NCBI RefSeq assembly: GCF_009914755.1 | Contig: NC_060934.1 | Direction: 5' to 3' (one strand) | DNA: 64,000 nt | Source of the DNA: the human T2T-CHM13v2.0 reference genome, Homo sapiens | Shown here: positions 18,481-33,030 of the stretch, one piece after another | Layout: each line of letters opens with the position of its first letter | Position numbering within the stretch: the stretch's first letter is position 1 | Made by a program: the position numbers and the translations under genes | Notes under the pieces: generated by a model | What the model was told of the DNA's origin: nothing | What the model saw: only the letters and a program-made list of their open reading frames with translations | Databases searched by the model: none

Positions 18481-20964
18481 TCTTCTGGTTTAAAAAAGCA
18501 AAACAAACAAAACCTAAAAGCAGATTTAAATCCTCTAATCCTGAAAAAGTCACCCCATACCAATTTAACTGTAAGAAAGTTTCCCTTTGCGAAGAAAGTA
18601 TCCCATCTGAGACTCAGAGTGGCCAGCCCAGATAATGCTAAGACCCTTTATGGCTCCAAATCCTCCCATTCAAAGACCAGATGAGAGTGGAAGATAGGAG
18701 AGGGAGAATAATGGAATAATTCAAAACAATGTGGATTTTAAATTTGTTTCGAGGATTTATTTAAGGGTGTTTTCTCCTCCTCTATGTTTTTCTAGATGAT
18801 TACTATCTTCAAGGAAAATGTGATTGCATCCTCCAGATCAAAGATACTGAAACTGGATGCTTATAAAGAAGATTTTAGGCACATAAAGGTTATGGCATCT
18901 GTGGTTCTACAATGAAAAATGCAACCTGTTCTGTCTGAGAAGGAAAGGGAGCAAGAATCTCCCGTGCAAGTCTGGCGTTCAGTTCTAGCAGAGGGAGTCA
19001 CCAGCTGGAGAAGAAATGCAACAATTGTCCACCCCCACATATCCTATGGCTGTGTCTTTTTTTTATTACAGTGGACACTGCAGTGAGGGACACCCACTCT
19101 CATGGTGGAAAACGAGCCAGCTAATTTAATATCACCATGAAGGAAACTGCTACTAATCTAGGCATGGAAGTAAATCAACAGTGGATCCTGAAAGCTAGGA
19201 AAAGAGAGCTAAGTTAAGCAAGAATGGCCAAGGCAGCGGGAACAGTGTATGTTTTAAACTTCAGGTTTTGTTAGCAAGACTTTTGTCCTCTTTTAATAGT
19301 TAACCTGACCCCAGCTCAAGAATCCAAGATACTGAGTAGTCTATTGTGCACCTGCAGAAAACTTTCAAACCCTTAATGACTTATAATCTTGGTTTCAGCA
19401 ATCATCTCAGTAATTCTGGTATGACTCTCCTCCCTCACAGCTCTCAGATACTCCAGACCCACCTACAGCTCATCTCCAGCAGGAGATCTTGGGTTTTACG
19501 ATTTTAAAACGTAGCTTGAAAAAGTCTCCATCTTATCTCGGAGCAGAAGTGGTGTCACTTGCCAGCCCAAATATTCTAGTAAGTTTCTCCCTCACTCAGC
19601 TGCCACCACTCTTTTGTGCAGCCCAGCCAGGCTCCTGCAGAGATAAAAATACAACTCATTTAGGTCAATGATTAAATTGAAAGTTATAATATTACCAATT
19701 AAGTTTGAGCAAAGAGGGGGGTAAAAAAAACACAAATCCTTTAGGAGGGTCACCGCAATGCCTGTCTTCACAAATAGCACTGCCGCCACTCCCCACCTGA
19801 ATGTGGAGTCTCATGAAAGCACCTAAGGAAAGCTCCCCCACGCCTTGTCACTAGGGTCTCCACTTTCAGTCTCAGAACAACTACTTATTGTCTCCTAAGC
19901 TCATTTTTATCTGAGAGTCCGTGTGCTCACTGGGCTGTGGAGAAACCTTCCAGAGTCAAGCACATTTCTTGAGCCTGCCAGTCCCAAAGGGGTTGAGGAA
20001 GAGGCTGTGCACTGGGTAAAGAAATGCAGGAGCCAAGCTGGGAATTATTCAGAGTGTGTATAAGCCAGGTGTGGTGAAGACGGGTGACAAAATAGGTATT
20101 AAGGTAAGGCATATTGGACAACAGGACCATGGCTAGGTGGAGTGGGGCATCTCCACTGCAAACTGCTACCATTCTCAGGTGCAAATTCTGCACTTGCCTG
20201 GGCCTGAGTGTAAGTACCTGAGATGGATGGTCTAGGTGCCTCTCTTGCTGCACCTAGCCCCAGCCTTGTGGTTTACAATTCCCCAAGCATAGCAATAACA
20301 GGTTCCATTCCTCTAGCTTGGCTGCATTTAAAATACAACTGGTCGGTGGGGAGGGATTACAGCACAAGCCGAAGCTTGTCTGCGGGAGTTGGCCATGAAC
20401 TAATAGTCCACATACGGCAGCCTGCCACATCTTCCCACCCAACCCACCATCACCAAACACTGTCCTCTTGAGTTCCCAGCCAAAGGAAGTCCCCAGTGGT
20501 CTAGACAGAAGGGCTGGGCCCCCTCCCAGTTCTCACTCCAGCAGATTCTCCAGCTGCAGAAAGTGACACACATTGTTCCTGCTCCATTGTGCGTTAGAGG
20601 GCCCATTATCCCTGTGATGATGGGCTGATAGTTCTCAACTCATTAAACAACGCTGGCAGTCTTTTAAACAATCCTCTAATTACTAGTCTCCCCACAGAAT
20701 TACACCCTCCAAATCCCAGTTTGTGCTGCTGTAGACTTTTGGGAGCTAAAGTCGATGGGAGAAAAATCCCAAGAAAACATCTTGTCTGGGGTAATGACTG
20801 TGCATGTGTATATGATCTCCCAGTAGAGCTGTTCAGGTAGGATAAGAGTTCAGAGGTTTCCACTGGACCAGCCCAAACCACAAAAGGTCTCTGGCTAAGG
20901 ACCAAATTGGCAAGGGGAACTTTTTTTTTTTTTTTGGACGCAGTGATTTCTGGGGATTTTTAAG

Positions 20965-21255
20965 AGCTGCTTTGGTTTGGAGAAAAATGATTGGAAAATA
21001 CAGAGAATTCCCATACACTCCCTTGCACGCCCTCATTTCTCCCTATTATTAAACCTTGCATTAGTGTGGTACATTTTTTACAACTGATATGCCAATATTG
21101 CTTCATTGCTATTAACTAAATGTTAATAGAATGTGGCACATTCTATGGGTTTCAACAAATATCTAATGATGTGTATCCGCCATTGCAGAATTACACCGAA
21201 TAGTTTCACTGCCCTAAAAATCCCCCATGCTCCACCTACTCATCCCTCCCTCTCC
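20965..21255 (-). mobile_element. L1MC-like 3' fragment
   Basis: tacagagaattcccata...cattagtgtggtacattt...tagtttcactgccctaaaaatcc. Confidence 0.7.
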
Positions 21256-21586
21256 CCAAAGCAGAAGGGGTATTTATCTCCTATTTACTAGAGAAATTTA
21301 TATCGTTTTCTCTTTTTTCCCCTAAAAATAAATGGTGTTGACTTATTAGGACCATTGGTCCATCACAAAGCTGAGTTCGCAAAGTCTCATGAGGCCAGGC
21401 TAGGAACATCCAGTACACCCATGTCCCTTAAATAGTATAGAAAACATAGGATATTCACTGGAACATCAGGCAGCCTCCCTCCAGGATCCTGTGGCAGAGC
21501 CATAGAATCCTCATCTATTAGCCAATGAACAGGCACACATGAAGTCCAGGCTGCACCCAAGAGAACAGACAAGAATATTGGGAAAC

Positions 21587-21907
21587 GGGTGCTGTGGCTC
21601 ACGCCTGGAATCCCAGCACTTTAGGAGGCCAAGACGGGCAGATCACTTGAGGTCAGGAGTTTGAGACCAGCCTAACCAACATGATGAAACTCCATCTCTA
21701 CTAAAAATACAAAAAAAAAAAAAAAAAAAAAAATTAGCCAGGCTGATTGTGCATGCCTGTAACCCCAGCTACTCAGGAGGCTGAGGCATGAGAATCACTT
21801 GAACCCAGGAGGCAGAGGTTGCAGTGAGCCACTATCGTGCCACTGCACTCCAGCCTGGGTGACAGAGCGAGGCTCTGTCTCAAAAAATAAAAATAAATAA
21901 ATAAAAA
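21587..21907 (+). mobile_element. AluS with expanded central A tract
   Basis: A23 at 21711-21733; TSD aagaatay tgggaaac (21571, 21908). Confidence 0.95.
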
Positions 21908-21967
21908 AAGAATACTGGGAAACAATGGGAAAAATGCAAAGAGAAGACAGAGCTTAGAAACATACAG

Positions 21968-22690
21968 CAGTGGTTCCCAAAGTATTGCCTGGGCACAGCT
22001 GGAGGACCCTGAAACCTTTACAGGAGTTTATGAGTACAAAACAATTTTTATAACAACACTAAGTTCTTCGCTTTTTTCACTCTCATTATCTCAAAAGTGT
22101 ACAGTAGAGTTTTCCAGAGTCTACATGATATGTAGTACCACAAGAGATCAAATGCATAAGCAGATATAAGAATCCAGCTGTTTTCTATTAAGGCAGACAA
22201 TAAAGAATATTGCAATATGTAAAAAAAATTAAAAATGCCACTTTTTTCTTTGGGAAAATATACTTAATTTTTACTCTAAAAGTTATATATGTTAATATGT
22301 TATGGGTTGATTATTGCTATTTTTTATAATACTTTAAGTTCTGGGGTACGTGTGCACAACATGCAGTTTTGTTACATAGGTATACATGTGCCATGGTGGT
22401 TTGCTGCACCCATCAACCTGTCACCTACATTAGCTGTTTCTCTTAATGCTATCCCTCCCCTAACCCCCACCCACCGACAGGCCCCAGTGTGTGATGTTCC
22501 CCTCCCTGTGTCCATGTGTTCTCATTATTGCTATTTTATGTGAAATAATACTTTTAAGTTTTCCTCAGTTTTAATTCCCAATATAATAAATATTAACAGA
22601 TATAACCCGCATTCCAAAAGCTTTTAGGAATCTCCAATAATTTTTAAGAGTATAAAGGAGTCCTGACACCAAAGTTTGAAAATCACCGAC
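21968..22690. mobile_element. hAT-Charlie family DNA transposon interrupted by an L1PA fragment
   Basis: cagtggttcccaaag...gcagatataagaatccagctgttttctattaag...aaagtttgaaaatcaccg termini and internal motif. Confidence 0.7.
22324..22523 (-). mobile_element. 5'-truncated L1PA 3' end (about 200 bp)
   Basis: atactttaagttctggggtacgtgtgcacaacatgcag...; TSD attattgctatttt (22310, 22524). Confidence 0.92.
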
Positions 22691-22694
22691 TTAT

Positions 22695-22900
22695 AGCAAA
22701 GGATTTGGAGTTAGACAGACCTACCTTGAAAACCCAGGGCTACCATTGGGACTAGTTGTTTAACCCTCCCTCCCCCGAGCCTTGTTTATCTGTAAAATGG
22801 TGATAATACTGTTTATCTCATGGGGTGGTTGCAAAGATTAATGACCTGACATATAAAAAAGCACCCTGCAAGATGCCTGGTTTAGATGAAGCCATTGATA
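22695..22900 (+). mobile_element. MIR
   Basis: ttggagttagacagacct...atctgtaaaatggtgataatac. Confidence 0.7.
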
Positions 22901-23832
22901 AACAGTAAAAGAGAAGAAAGAAGAAGAAAGAGGAAGCTTAAAACGTAGTCCCAGCTCTCAAAATGTCTATCTAGAGAAAAAGGTTGTAGTGTTGTGCATG
23001 AACCAACAGAAAAGAAACAAAGTGTCTTTATCCCTCTCTGTGTGTTACACGCAATGGTTTAGGGCTGAAATTGTGAGCCCTGAGAGATGGGGAGAGTTAC
23101 AAGGGCAGAAGGGGAGGGTATTATTCTTCTGTTTGAGAGATCAGTATGAAGGCTCAGAAGAAGCAGGGAGCAGAGTCTTTCTGTGGAACAGACCAGTCAG
23201 CCTGCTCAGGTGAACACTTGTACACACGTGCACAGTCATGCACACATGTCCATACTGAGTATGTATGCATGGAAGTGATCACATCCAAAATCAAGCTTCT
23301 CATGTGATTATAATATAATTAACAGGACCGTGGTACCTCACAGCCTCATGAACACATTGTTACCAACCATCTTTCTGCTGCTTTTCGACCCTCTCTGCTC
23401 ACTCAACCCTACACCCTAGCCAGAGATCTGGATACAGATCAGAGCCTGGGCATCTGTATGCAATGTAAACAGCTCCAGATGTGCAACCAGAGGAGAACGC
23501 ACCAGTCCACTCTGGGCACCCAGCAAAGAACAGAGAGTTCCTGCTTTTAAGAGCTTACCTATAACACAACTGGAAAGATGAGGCATGAAAAAGTGACCAA
23601 GCTACTCTGCTATCAGCAGAGGAGGCTAATGGCCCAGGGAAGCAAGACTGCATTGTCACTGGGCCCAAGCAGAAACAAGATGGCACATTGAAGATAGAAT
23701 AACCCAAGTTGGTTGTGGGCAGTGTGAGGCAGGACAGTACAGGAACACGGGGCTAACAGCAGCAGAGCCTTTGCCACCCCCAGGCCTGATGAAGTGAAGG
23801 AGGGCGCAGTTACTGCCCTCAGAGGAGCCTCA

Positions 23833-24685
<853 letters not shown>

Positions 24686-24719
24686 TACCATGTCTTAATG
24701 GCCTCCATGCTAACCTTTG

Positions 24720-24750
24720 CTTGCTCTTAGCCAAAAGTCCAAGACGCAAT
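24720..24750 (-). pseudogene. U2 snRNA 5' fragment (retro-pseudogene)
   Basis: Minus strand ATTGCGTCTTGGACTTTTGGCTAAGAGCAAG vs U2 nt 1-31 ATCGCTTCTCGGCCTTTTGGCTAAGATCAAG: 26/31 identical, starting at U2 nt 1. Confidence 0.75.
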
Positions 24751-24774
24751 CTCCTTGCTTTCTTTGGGTTCTTA

Positions 24775-25000
24775 CTCTACAGGGGACATTGCGCTAAGCA
24801 GTTTGCACGTATCACCTAATTTGAACCCCACAGCAACCTATGACTTAGTGTGTATTTATATCCTCACCTTACAAATGAAAGCTACAAGGCACAGAGAAGT
24901 TTAATTAATTTAATAATTTTCCCAAGGTCACACAAGTAGCAGGAGGTAGGGCCATGATTTGAATCCAAGCTCTCTGTCCACAGATCTTACACGCATAACC
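24775..25000 (-). mobile_element. MIR
   Basis: atcctcaccttacaaatgaaag...cccaaggtcacacaagtag...gatttgaatccaag. Confidence 0.75.
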
Positions 25001-25882
25001 ATGGGATGGACTCCAATCGTTTATTGATCTTTCAACTAATAATTGGGCAAGACCTGTATGGGAGGAACTCAGAGCACATGGAGATACTAAGATCCAAAGT
25101 CCCACAAGGCAGTGGAGCATAAGGCGCTATTAGCATTTTAACCCCAAAGCTCAAATCTTGAAGACACTGAAAAATCCAAGTCTAAATGCCCTTCTACCCC
25201 ACACCTTCTTCTCATTTAATGGGGAAATACTCTCTGCAGCTCCCATCCTCCCTTCTCCTTCCTGGTGGCCTTGTGGCCTCTGGGTCGGTACCTCCTTTCT
25301 CCCTGAGGACAGCTGTGCCTACCACAACCTCATCACATCAGGTCTAGGGTTGCTCCGTCCTTGGGCCATAGAGAACTGGGCTGTTCCTTTCTTTGTGACA
25401 TTCCCCTTTCACATACTTGAAAAGCATTATCATATTCTCTGTAGAAAAGTCAGGCTAGGGCTAATTTTTTTAATGCCCCATCCTGCTCTTGGAATGTGCA
25501 AGTTTCTTTAGAGGCAGGCAAAGTTCCTGGCACATCCTGGCCAGCCTCCGCATGTCTGCCTGAGCCGTTTCTGCCTCTGCTGATCTGGATGTGGATGGTG
25601 TCTCTGCTTCTCTCCCCAACAGCAGGCACACTCTGAAGATAACATCAGCCCAGCAACCACTCACATCAGCTATGACATAAAAAGGCTTTTCTCTGGGTGG
25701 GGGAACACTCACTTAGAAAGGTCAACACTTGCTTTGTTTGAGACCTGCGATAAGTAACCCTCCTCGAAAGGGACTGCAGATCCCCTAGGAGAATTATCTA
25801 ATCAGTTCAAGTTCCCCAGGCCTTTCGTCTTGAATTGGAACCTCATTTTTAAGAGAAAACCACAGGACTACAGATTACTAGA

Positions 25883-26275
<393 letters not shown>

Positions 26276-26666
26276 TAGATCATATCAAGGGGCCATGTAA
26301 TCATAATAGCTAGTATTTGTCCACTACTTTGAGGCTCAGCCAGTGCTTTTATAGATACACTCTTTGATTTGATTCTCACCCCCTTCTGGAGAGGCAGGCA
26401 TCAGTGTTCTATCCATTTTACAGACAAGTCAACTAAAGCTTAGAGAAGTCCAGTGGCTAGTCCAATGTCCCACAGCCTTTAAATAGGAGAGTTGAGGACT
26501 GAACTTCAAGTTCAAACCTACCATGTTGCTATTGCTGCTATGTCCTTGCCAAATTCCACTTGCCTGAAGCATAATTCCCATTTTTGATGATTTTATGACT
26601 CTAGGATAGAGCCAAGATGCTTGTTCAGCGAGTGTATAAAGCATTTCTGGACAGTTGCCGTTTTGG

Positions 26667-27025
26667 TGCTTTGGTTTGAATGTGTCCCCCAGATTTTACA
26701 TGTTGAAAACTTAATTCCCAAATTCATATGTTGATTGGAGGTAGGACCTCTGGGAGGTACTTGGGATTAGGTAAGCTCATCAAGGTAGAGCCCCCATCAT
26801 GGGACTATGGCTTTATGAGAAGAGGAAGAGGGACCTGAGCTGATACACACACTCCTGCTGTCTCACCATGTGATACCTTCCGCCATGTAATGTGTGGCAA
26901 GAAGGCTCTCACCCAATGTGGCCCCTAAACCTTAGACTTCCCAGCCTCTAGAAAATGTCTAAGTTTCTTTACAAATTACCCAGTCTCAGACATTCAGTTA
27001 TAGCAACAGAAAATGGGCTAAGACA
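26667..27025 (+). mobile_element. MaLR LTR (MST family)
   Basis: tgctttggtttgaatgtgtccc...ttatagcaacagaaaatgggctaagaca. Confidence 0.87.
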
Positions 27026-27154
27026 GGGAGTTATCCTAGAAAGAGAATACAAGCTGGCAAACACCACAGTTCCCGTGGAGAGAGGGAGGAGATTCATCCT
27101 TTATCAAGAGCTTGTTGGGTCCTCACTGTATACAAAGCCAAATACCTGAGCTGC

Positions 27155-27558
27155 CTAGGTTAGCCTTTTTGGGTTGCTATTAAGGAATATCTGAGGCTGG
27201 GTAATTGATAAGAAAGGTTTATGTTGGCTCATGGTTCTACAGGCTGTACAAGAAGCACAGTGCCAGCATCTGCTTCTTGTAAGGCCTCAGGAAGCTTTCA
27301 ATCATGGCAGAAGGCAAAGGGGGAGTAGGCGCATCACATGGCAAGAGAGAAAGTGAGAGAGAGAGAATCAGGAGGTGCCAGGCTTTTTTTTAACAACCAG
27401 ATCTCAAGGTAACTCATAACCACAGGGAGGGCACCAAGCCACCATTCATGAGGGATCTGTTCCCATGACCCAAACACCTCCCATTAGGCCCCGCCTGCAA
27501 TGCTGGGGATCACATTTCAATATCAGGTTTGGAGTGGACACTCATCCAAACTCTATCA
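27155..27558 (-). mobile_element. MaLR LTR (MSTB-like)
   Basis: ttgctattaaggaatatctgaggctgggtaatt...catccaaactctatca. Confidence 0.87.
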
Positions 27559-28141
27559 CTGGCCCCGGACACTTTCTATCTGCAGAGAAAGGACTCCTGG
27601 GACAGGGCAAGTCTTCCCCAGGAGAGGTGTGGGTAGGCTCTTTGAGCTGGGACTTGGAGAATTAGAATGAGGGTTAGGACAGGTGTAAAGGAAGGTAATG
27701 GAGCCACTGGCCAGGAGAAGCAGCCAAGGCCCAGGTGGGAAAGCTGTTACTAGGGAATTTTTACATTCTTCATTCTTAAAAACTTTGGCCAAGCCGAGAA
27801 GATGAGAACACATGTGATCCCAGAAAGCACTGTAAACATGCCCACCCTTACCCCACCCTGCAGACTCGTCACCAGTAACCCAGCTCCCAGCAACCCCCCA
27901 AAGGGGAAGCAAAAAGAAATAGGGTCTGACCTGAGACCTCAGCATATACCTGCACACACATACAGATGCAAGAGCTTGGGTCCACCTGAAACCAGAGAGG
28001 GAAACTGGCACCTGCCCAAGTCCCTGCAGCAAACCCTTCGCCTGCAGCCTGTTTCTGCAGCTGTTTCCTTGTTTCTTCCCAATTAGCTGTAAACCCCCTG
28101 AGAGTAGGCAGTGGGTTTCATGAGTCCTGGTATGCCCATAG

Positions 28142-28240
28142 AGCTGTGCACATAGTAGGTGCTTAATAAATGGCAGTTGGTAGCTGTGCACACAGTAGGT
28201 ACTTAATAAATTGCAGTTGGTACATAATAAATGGTAGCTG
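28142..28240 (+). repeat. 40-nt tandem duplication of an L2 3' end motif
   Basis: agctgtgcacaYagtaggtRcttaataaatKgcagttggt twice, plus a partial copy. Confidence 0.85.
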
Positions 28241-30734
28241 GAAGGGAAGCTGCCCAGAGCAGTGGCTGGAGAAGACCCTGAGTCGGTGGGTGGCACACCC
28301 TTGGGCAGGTCAGAAAGTCTGGAGACCCCTCCCCATTCGGTCATCAATTGATCATGGAAGCTTGGGTACTGCCTGACTCTCTTCAGCCTCAGTTTCCCTC
28401 TCTAAAGTAAAACAGTTGGCTTGGGTCATCTATAAGACCCAGCTCAGCTCAGACTCGTGAGATTTCTTGGTCTTTCTTTATTCCACTTCATCCCAGGGGC
28501 ATCTCTTGGCGGACCAAGGAAGAGTAGCTAGTTCAGCTCCCATTCATTATCTGCCAGCATTTTCTGCCCCAGAGGTTCAAAATTTGGGGAGCCAGTAACG
28601 GAGTTGTCATAATTGGTGAGAATAGCTCCCCATGGCTGGCCCTGCGGATCCCACAGGCTGCAGATTAGCAAAGCTGGGAACTGCAGAGGCCAGGATCCTA
28701 AGCCTGGGGTGGGTGGTGAGGGGCTATATTCTGAAGGAGAGGCCCCAGCTCTATGCGGTTTTCATTTATCAGCCTCGTTATCACAACTGGCCCGTCACTC
28801 AAAGCCACCTTTCAGAATGACCAGTCAGTCTACAACAGAGCAATGTCTTCAGGTCTGCTGCAATTACAAATGCATCTCTGGTTCTTAGATGTAAGAGAGA
28901 GGAAAGTCTCACCCCACAGCCAGAGGATGGGAGAACTTCTAGCTTTTCCACGCAACACCCGGTATCATGCACATTTCAGGCTTTCTGGCCACTCAACACA
29001 ACACCCATTCTCCTCCCTCTTTCTGTTAGTAACAACATCCTGATTTCTTCCTGGGGAATGGCCTCTTTCCCACTTTGATACAGTCTGATGGGATCGTCAT
29101 TCAAGACACCTGCCCTCCCAAAGACAGGAGATGGGCGCCAGACCCCAGCAGAGCCCACTGCACCTGCTCTCCCTGGAATCGGGATCGTGAGCAGAGAGAC
29201 AACAGCAGGGGACATGGCTGAGGCCTCTGTTCCATGACCAGCACTGTCAGAGACCTTCCATCAGCTCTGCCAAGAAACCCTCAGAGCTCCTGGGCTCTCA
29301 TCCTTTGTGCCCCGCTCCTCTCCTGCTTTCTCTCTGATTCTCAAGCTGCCCCCTCATTTTCAACTTCCTATCCTGTTACCCACAACAAAAAGCCCTGACT
29401 GATTCATCTTCCAAATCCCAGGGTGTGGTGGTGTAAAGAACACACACCTCCAGTCACCTTGGGGTAGCAGAGCACACCCCGTGCCTCTTCCCAAGAACCA
29501 GGCCCACCACGGGGCATAGCCACGGGCAGGACCCAAGCTCCCATCTCACTCACTTCTCAGCCGCTCAGCCTTAGGCTCGGGATGTCTCCGAATCTCAGTT
29601 TCCTCACCTTTAAAATGGGAAAAAGTTTGCATACCTGTTGGGACTGGGTAACAACTGGTGTGGGTTAATAAACTGCAGAGAGTGCCTAGCTCAGCACTGG
29701 AAACCTGCGGTGTGCTCAAGAATGGCAGGAGGGTGTTGCTGTTGCCCTTCTGATTCGAAATCCTCCTTGCTTCTCATCCATTAACCCCAGGATATATTGA
29801 GAAATGCAATCGGCTTCTTCCTGACTCAGGGCACTGAAATCACCACGTTGCTTTTGGGTTGCCCAAAACACTGTGTCGCCAAGAAAAGCCTTTCAAAGCC
29901 CCTTTCGGGAAGGGATTTTTTTCGAACTTGAAACAAGAAGGAGTCATTTGCCAAAGTGAAATAGCACATAAACCTTAGAACCCACAGATTTGAGTGAATT
30001 CTAATCTTGGCCAAAACTGGCAGGAGTGAGGGGGTGTTGGGGAGGGAGGATGAGTCAGAGATTCCACCCTTCAGAGGGGGCAGCCTAATATGGCATTGGG
30101 GAGCCACAGGAGACGACTTAGGTATGCCTGGACTTTCAGACTGGAGCCACGGCTCTGGCCAGGAACCAGCTGTGTCCCCCCACACACCTCCCCCCCCCCA
30201 AAAAAAACAAACCTACCCTCACATATGCATGGAGCAGAGCCTCGGGGTGGCAACCCAAACTGAGTGTTCAGATCCATCAGCAGGAACCAGCTGAGAGACT
30301 AGCAGCTTGCCCCCAGGAATGATAGCAACCAGCCTTCTCCTGGTATGCCCTGGTTCTTGGGCCAAACATGGACCTGTCCCTGCAGACACTGTGTGGTCCT
30401 CGCTGACTCCAAATTCTCCTAAATGCAGCCTCCGTGGAGCCTGTGATACGGCACATGAGCCTGGGAGTAAGAGGGAGGCTTCGCCCGGTGTAACCTCAGA
30501 GCACGTGTCGTTTATTTTTAGGCCTGGAGTAAAGGGCCTGGGTAAGGGAGGAACTTCAAAAGGTGAGATTTCTGTCATTGGAATAGTTTTACAATGTAAT
30601 GAAAACAAAGAGATGGCTCTTAGAGGGTGTGGGTGGAAGCAAAGCCAAGTTCTAGCCCTGCAGTGGCTCTCCCCAGCTGTGTGACTTTGGGCAAGTCTTT
30701 GCACCTGTTTTTTATCTGTAAACTGAAGAGAGAA

Positions 30735-30860
30735 TTGGTTCTCAAACTTGAGTGCTCATCAGAATCATCTGGAAAGCTCGTTTCCTGGGCCCTGGCACAG
30801 AAATTCTGATTCAGAGGATCTGGGGCAAGAACTAAGAATTTGCATTTCTAACAAGCCTTC
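30735..30860. mobile_element. MER5A-type hAT transposon fragment
   Basis: ggttctcaaacttgagtgctcatcagaatcatctgga...gaatttgcatttctaacaagc. Confidence 0.75.
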
Positions 30861-31545
30861 AGGGCTATAGGATCCAGGGGTACATTCCATGGGGAACAGT
30901 CTCACTCATTGTCCTGTATCCCCAGGAAAAAGTCCTCTGATTGGACTGACTTAGGGTACATGCCCATTTCCGACCAGGCCAGAGCCTGGTCGTTGGCCTG
31001 GCCCAGGTACTGGCTCCATCCCTGGAGCCAGGAGATGAATCAGCTTCCCCCTAACCAGTTGAATCACCAAAACAGGGAGTCTGGATTAGGAAAGAGTAAG
31101 GGAGGAATTATGCTAGAGAGACAAGCAGCAAGTGCCTGTCTCAGTGGCAGAGCGGCACCTGAGCCAGGTGAGGCTCGTTCCTCCAGGCCCTGTCTCTAGC
31201 AAGCCTGGCCAATTTCCACGTAGACCCTCTGTTTGAGATGTCAACTCTGGGTGTTGTTTGCTGAACTTACGCTCCTGTGAAAGGAATTTGGGAAGAGACC
31301 TAGTTCAGGTCCCTGTCTCCAGGGAAGGTAGTACCTAAACCGTTCCAGGCAGATGAATTCCAACCAAATCTTCTAGGAAGGAGGTAATTACCTGGGTTCT
31401 CCTGAGTGGTGTTCCTGAGGGAACTTCAGCAACACCGTGTCATTCATCTATATCCCTGTGCTCTGTAGCAAATGTACAGACAACTATAACTCATTCTTGC
31501 GTGAAGTCTATTTCTGACCTCAAAGCAACTCCCAGGTAATGAAAG

Positions 31546-31586
31546 TGATGAGATGATGATGATGATGATGACAATGATGATGATGA
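31546..31586. repeat. Imperfect (GAT)n
   Basis: gatgagatgatgatgatgatgatgacaatgatgatgatga. Confidence 0.9.
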
Positions 31587-32149
31587 AGGGGCTAATGTGT
31601 CCCTTCCTTTTCCTCTGACGCCTTGACCTTCCCTATTAGGGGTTTGTTCAGATCAGGATTTCATGTTATAAATGATTTGCTCAGAAAGGCAGACCAGCAG
31701 TTTATCAACCTTCCTACCCAAGCTCCCTGTGGATCACCCAGACCTACGAGCCGAGGAGATGAAGACCACAGACATCTAGTTTTTGGTCCATAGTCTGAGA
31801 TGCAAAACTCAGGGCCAGGAATGGATCTTGAGTTTAAGGCCCTACTATGACTCTTGCCTCAAATCTACCCATAAATTATCTGGGCACTTGGGACTCATTT
31901 ACTGGGAAACAGAATAATGTGAGGATTCAGCCACCAGCAGGCTCTGTGCTCAGATGGCCTGAATTCAGTCCAGGCTATGTGACCTTGGATAACTCACATT
32001 ACCTTTCTGTGCCTCTGTTTTCTCGGGAGCAAATCAAATTCTAAGCGTGCTTATACTACAAACGTGGTTGTAAAAATTAAAATATGTAAAGCACTTGAAA
32101 TACCGCCCGGTGCGTGACAAGCCCTTTATAAATATTAGGTATGATTATT

Positions 32150-33030
32150 CAGGCATTATTCAATTCGTCAGACATTAATGAAGCATCCTCTGGCGTTGAG
32201 TCACCGTATTAGGGGACAGAAATTCATAGCAATAAAGATCTGAAAATTTGCCTTCACAGTGTTCATAGTCTAGGAGAAGATAAGACCCAAAGAAAGATAA
32301 ACCACAATACATCATGATATATGCTGTCACTGAGATTTGAATAAAGTGCTGACTCTATCTGGAAGTGACCAGGAAGGCCTTCCAAGGGACATGATGTTAG
32401 ACCTGGGCCTTGAATGAGTTTGCCAATGAAAACTGTCTGAGGGAAGCCACTCTAGATATAGGGAACAGAATGCTTGTGTCACGAAAGGGCCTGCAAGTCC
32501 ACGGAGCGATGGTTTCAGAGCAACAGGAGCATAAGTTTCCTGAGGAGGGAGTGGCGTATATCAGGCCCTGGTAAGGTGGTTAGAACATGATGCTGCAGAC
32601 TTTGGACTTTATCTGCAAGCCGCAGGAGCCAACAGAAGTTTTTAAGCAAGAGAATGGGATGGGATGAAATACGACTTTTTTAGGACTATAATGGGTTGGT
32701 AGCAGGGTAAAGGGTGGCCTGGATGGGAGAGACTGGTACAGCTGGGCCGGTGAGGAAGCTGAGCCCAGGCAAGAGATGAAGGCTTGGGAAATGAGAAGGA
32801 GAATGGATTCAGGATACTCTAGTCAGGACAATGGACAGAAAGTGGTGGCTCACCGGATATTAGAGAGGAGAGGAAGGGAGGAGTCCAGGCCGAGTCTAGA
32901 GTCTCTGGCTTGGGAGGCTGCGTGGACGGTCTTGACTAAGTTAGGGAACATGGGAAGAGGCACAGACTTGGGCAGGTGGACACGGATGGAGCAAATGGGT
33001 GTGTATTTGGTAAGTTCAGTTTGCATTACA
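32150..33030 (-). mobile_element. L2 fragment
   Basis: attcaattcgtcagacattaatgaagc...tttggactttatctgc...ttttaagcaagagaatg. Confidence 0.7.

Noticed and set aside
26667-27558. Two MST LTRs 130 bp apart as a possible provirus remnant
   Set aside because: Opposite orientation and clearly different sequence, so independent solo LTRs.
27556-28347. Longest ORF in the track (263 aa, minus strand)
   Set aside because: Runs through an L2-derived duplication and ends at an LTR edge. No recognisable domain or splice context, and composition is typical of non-coding DNA.
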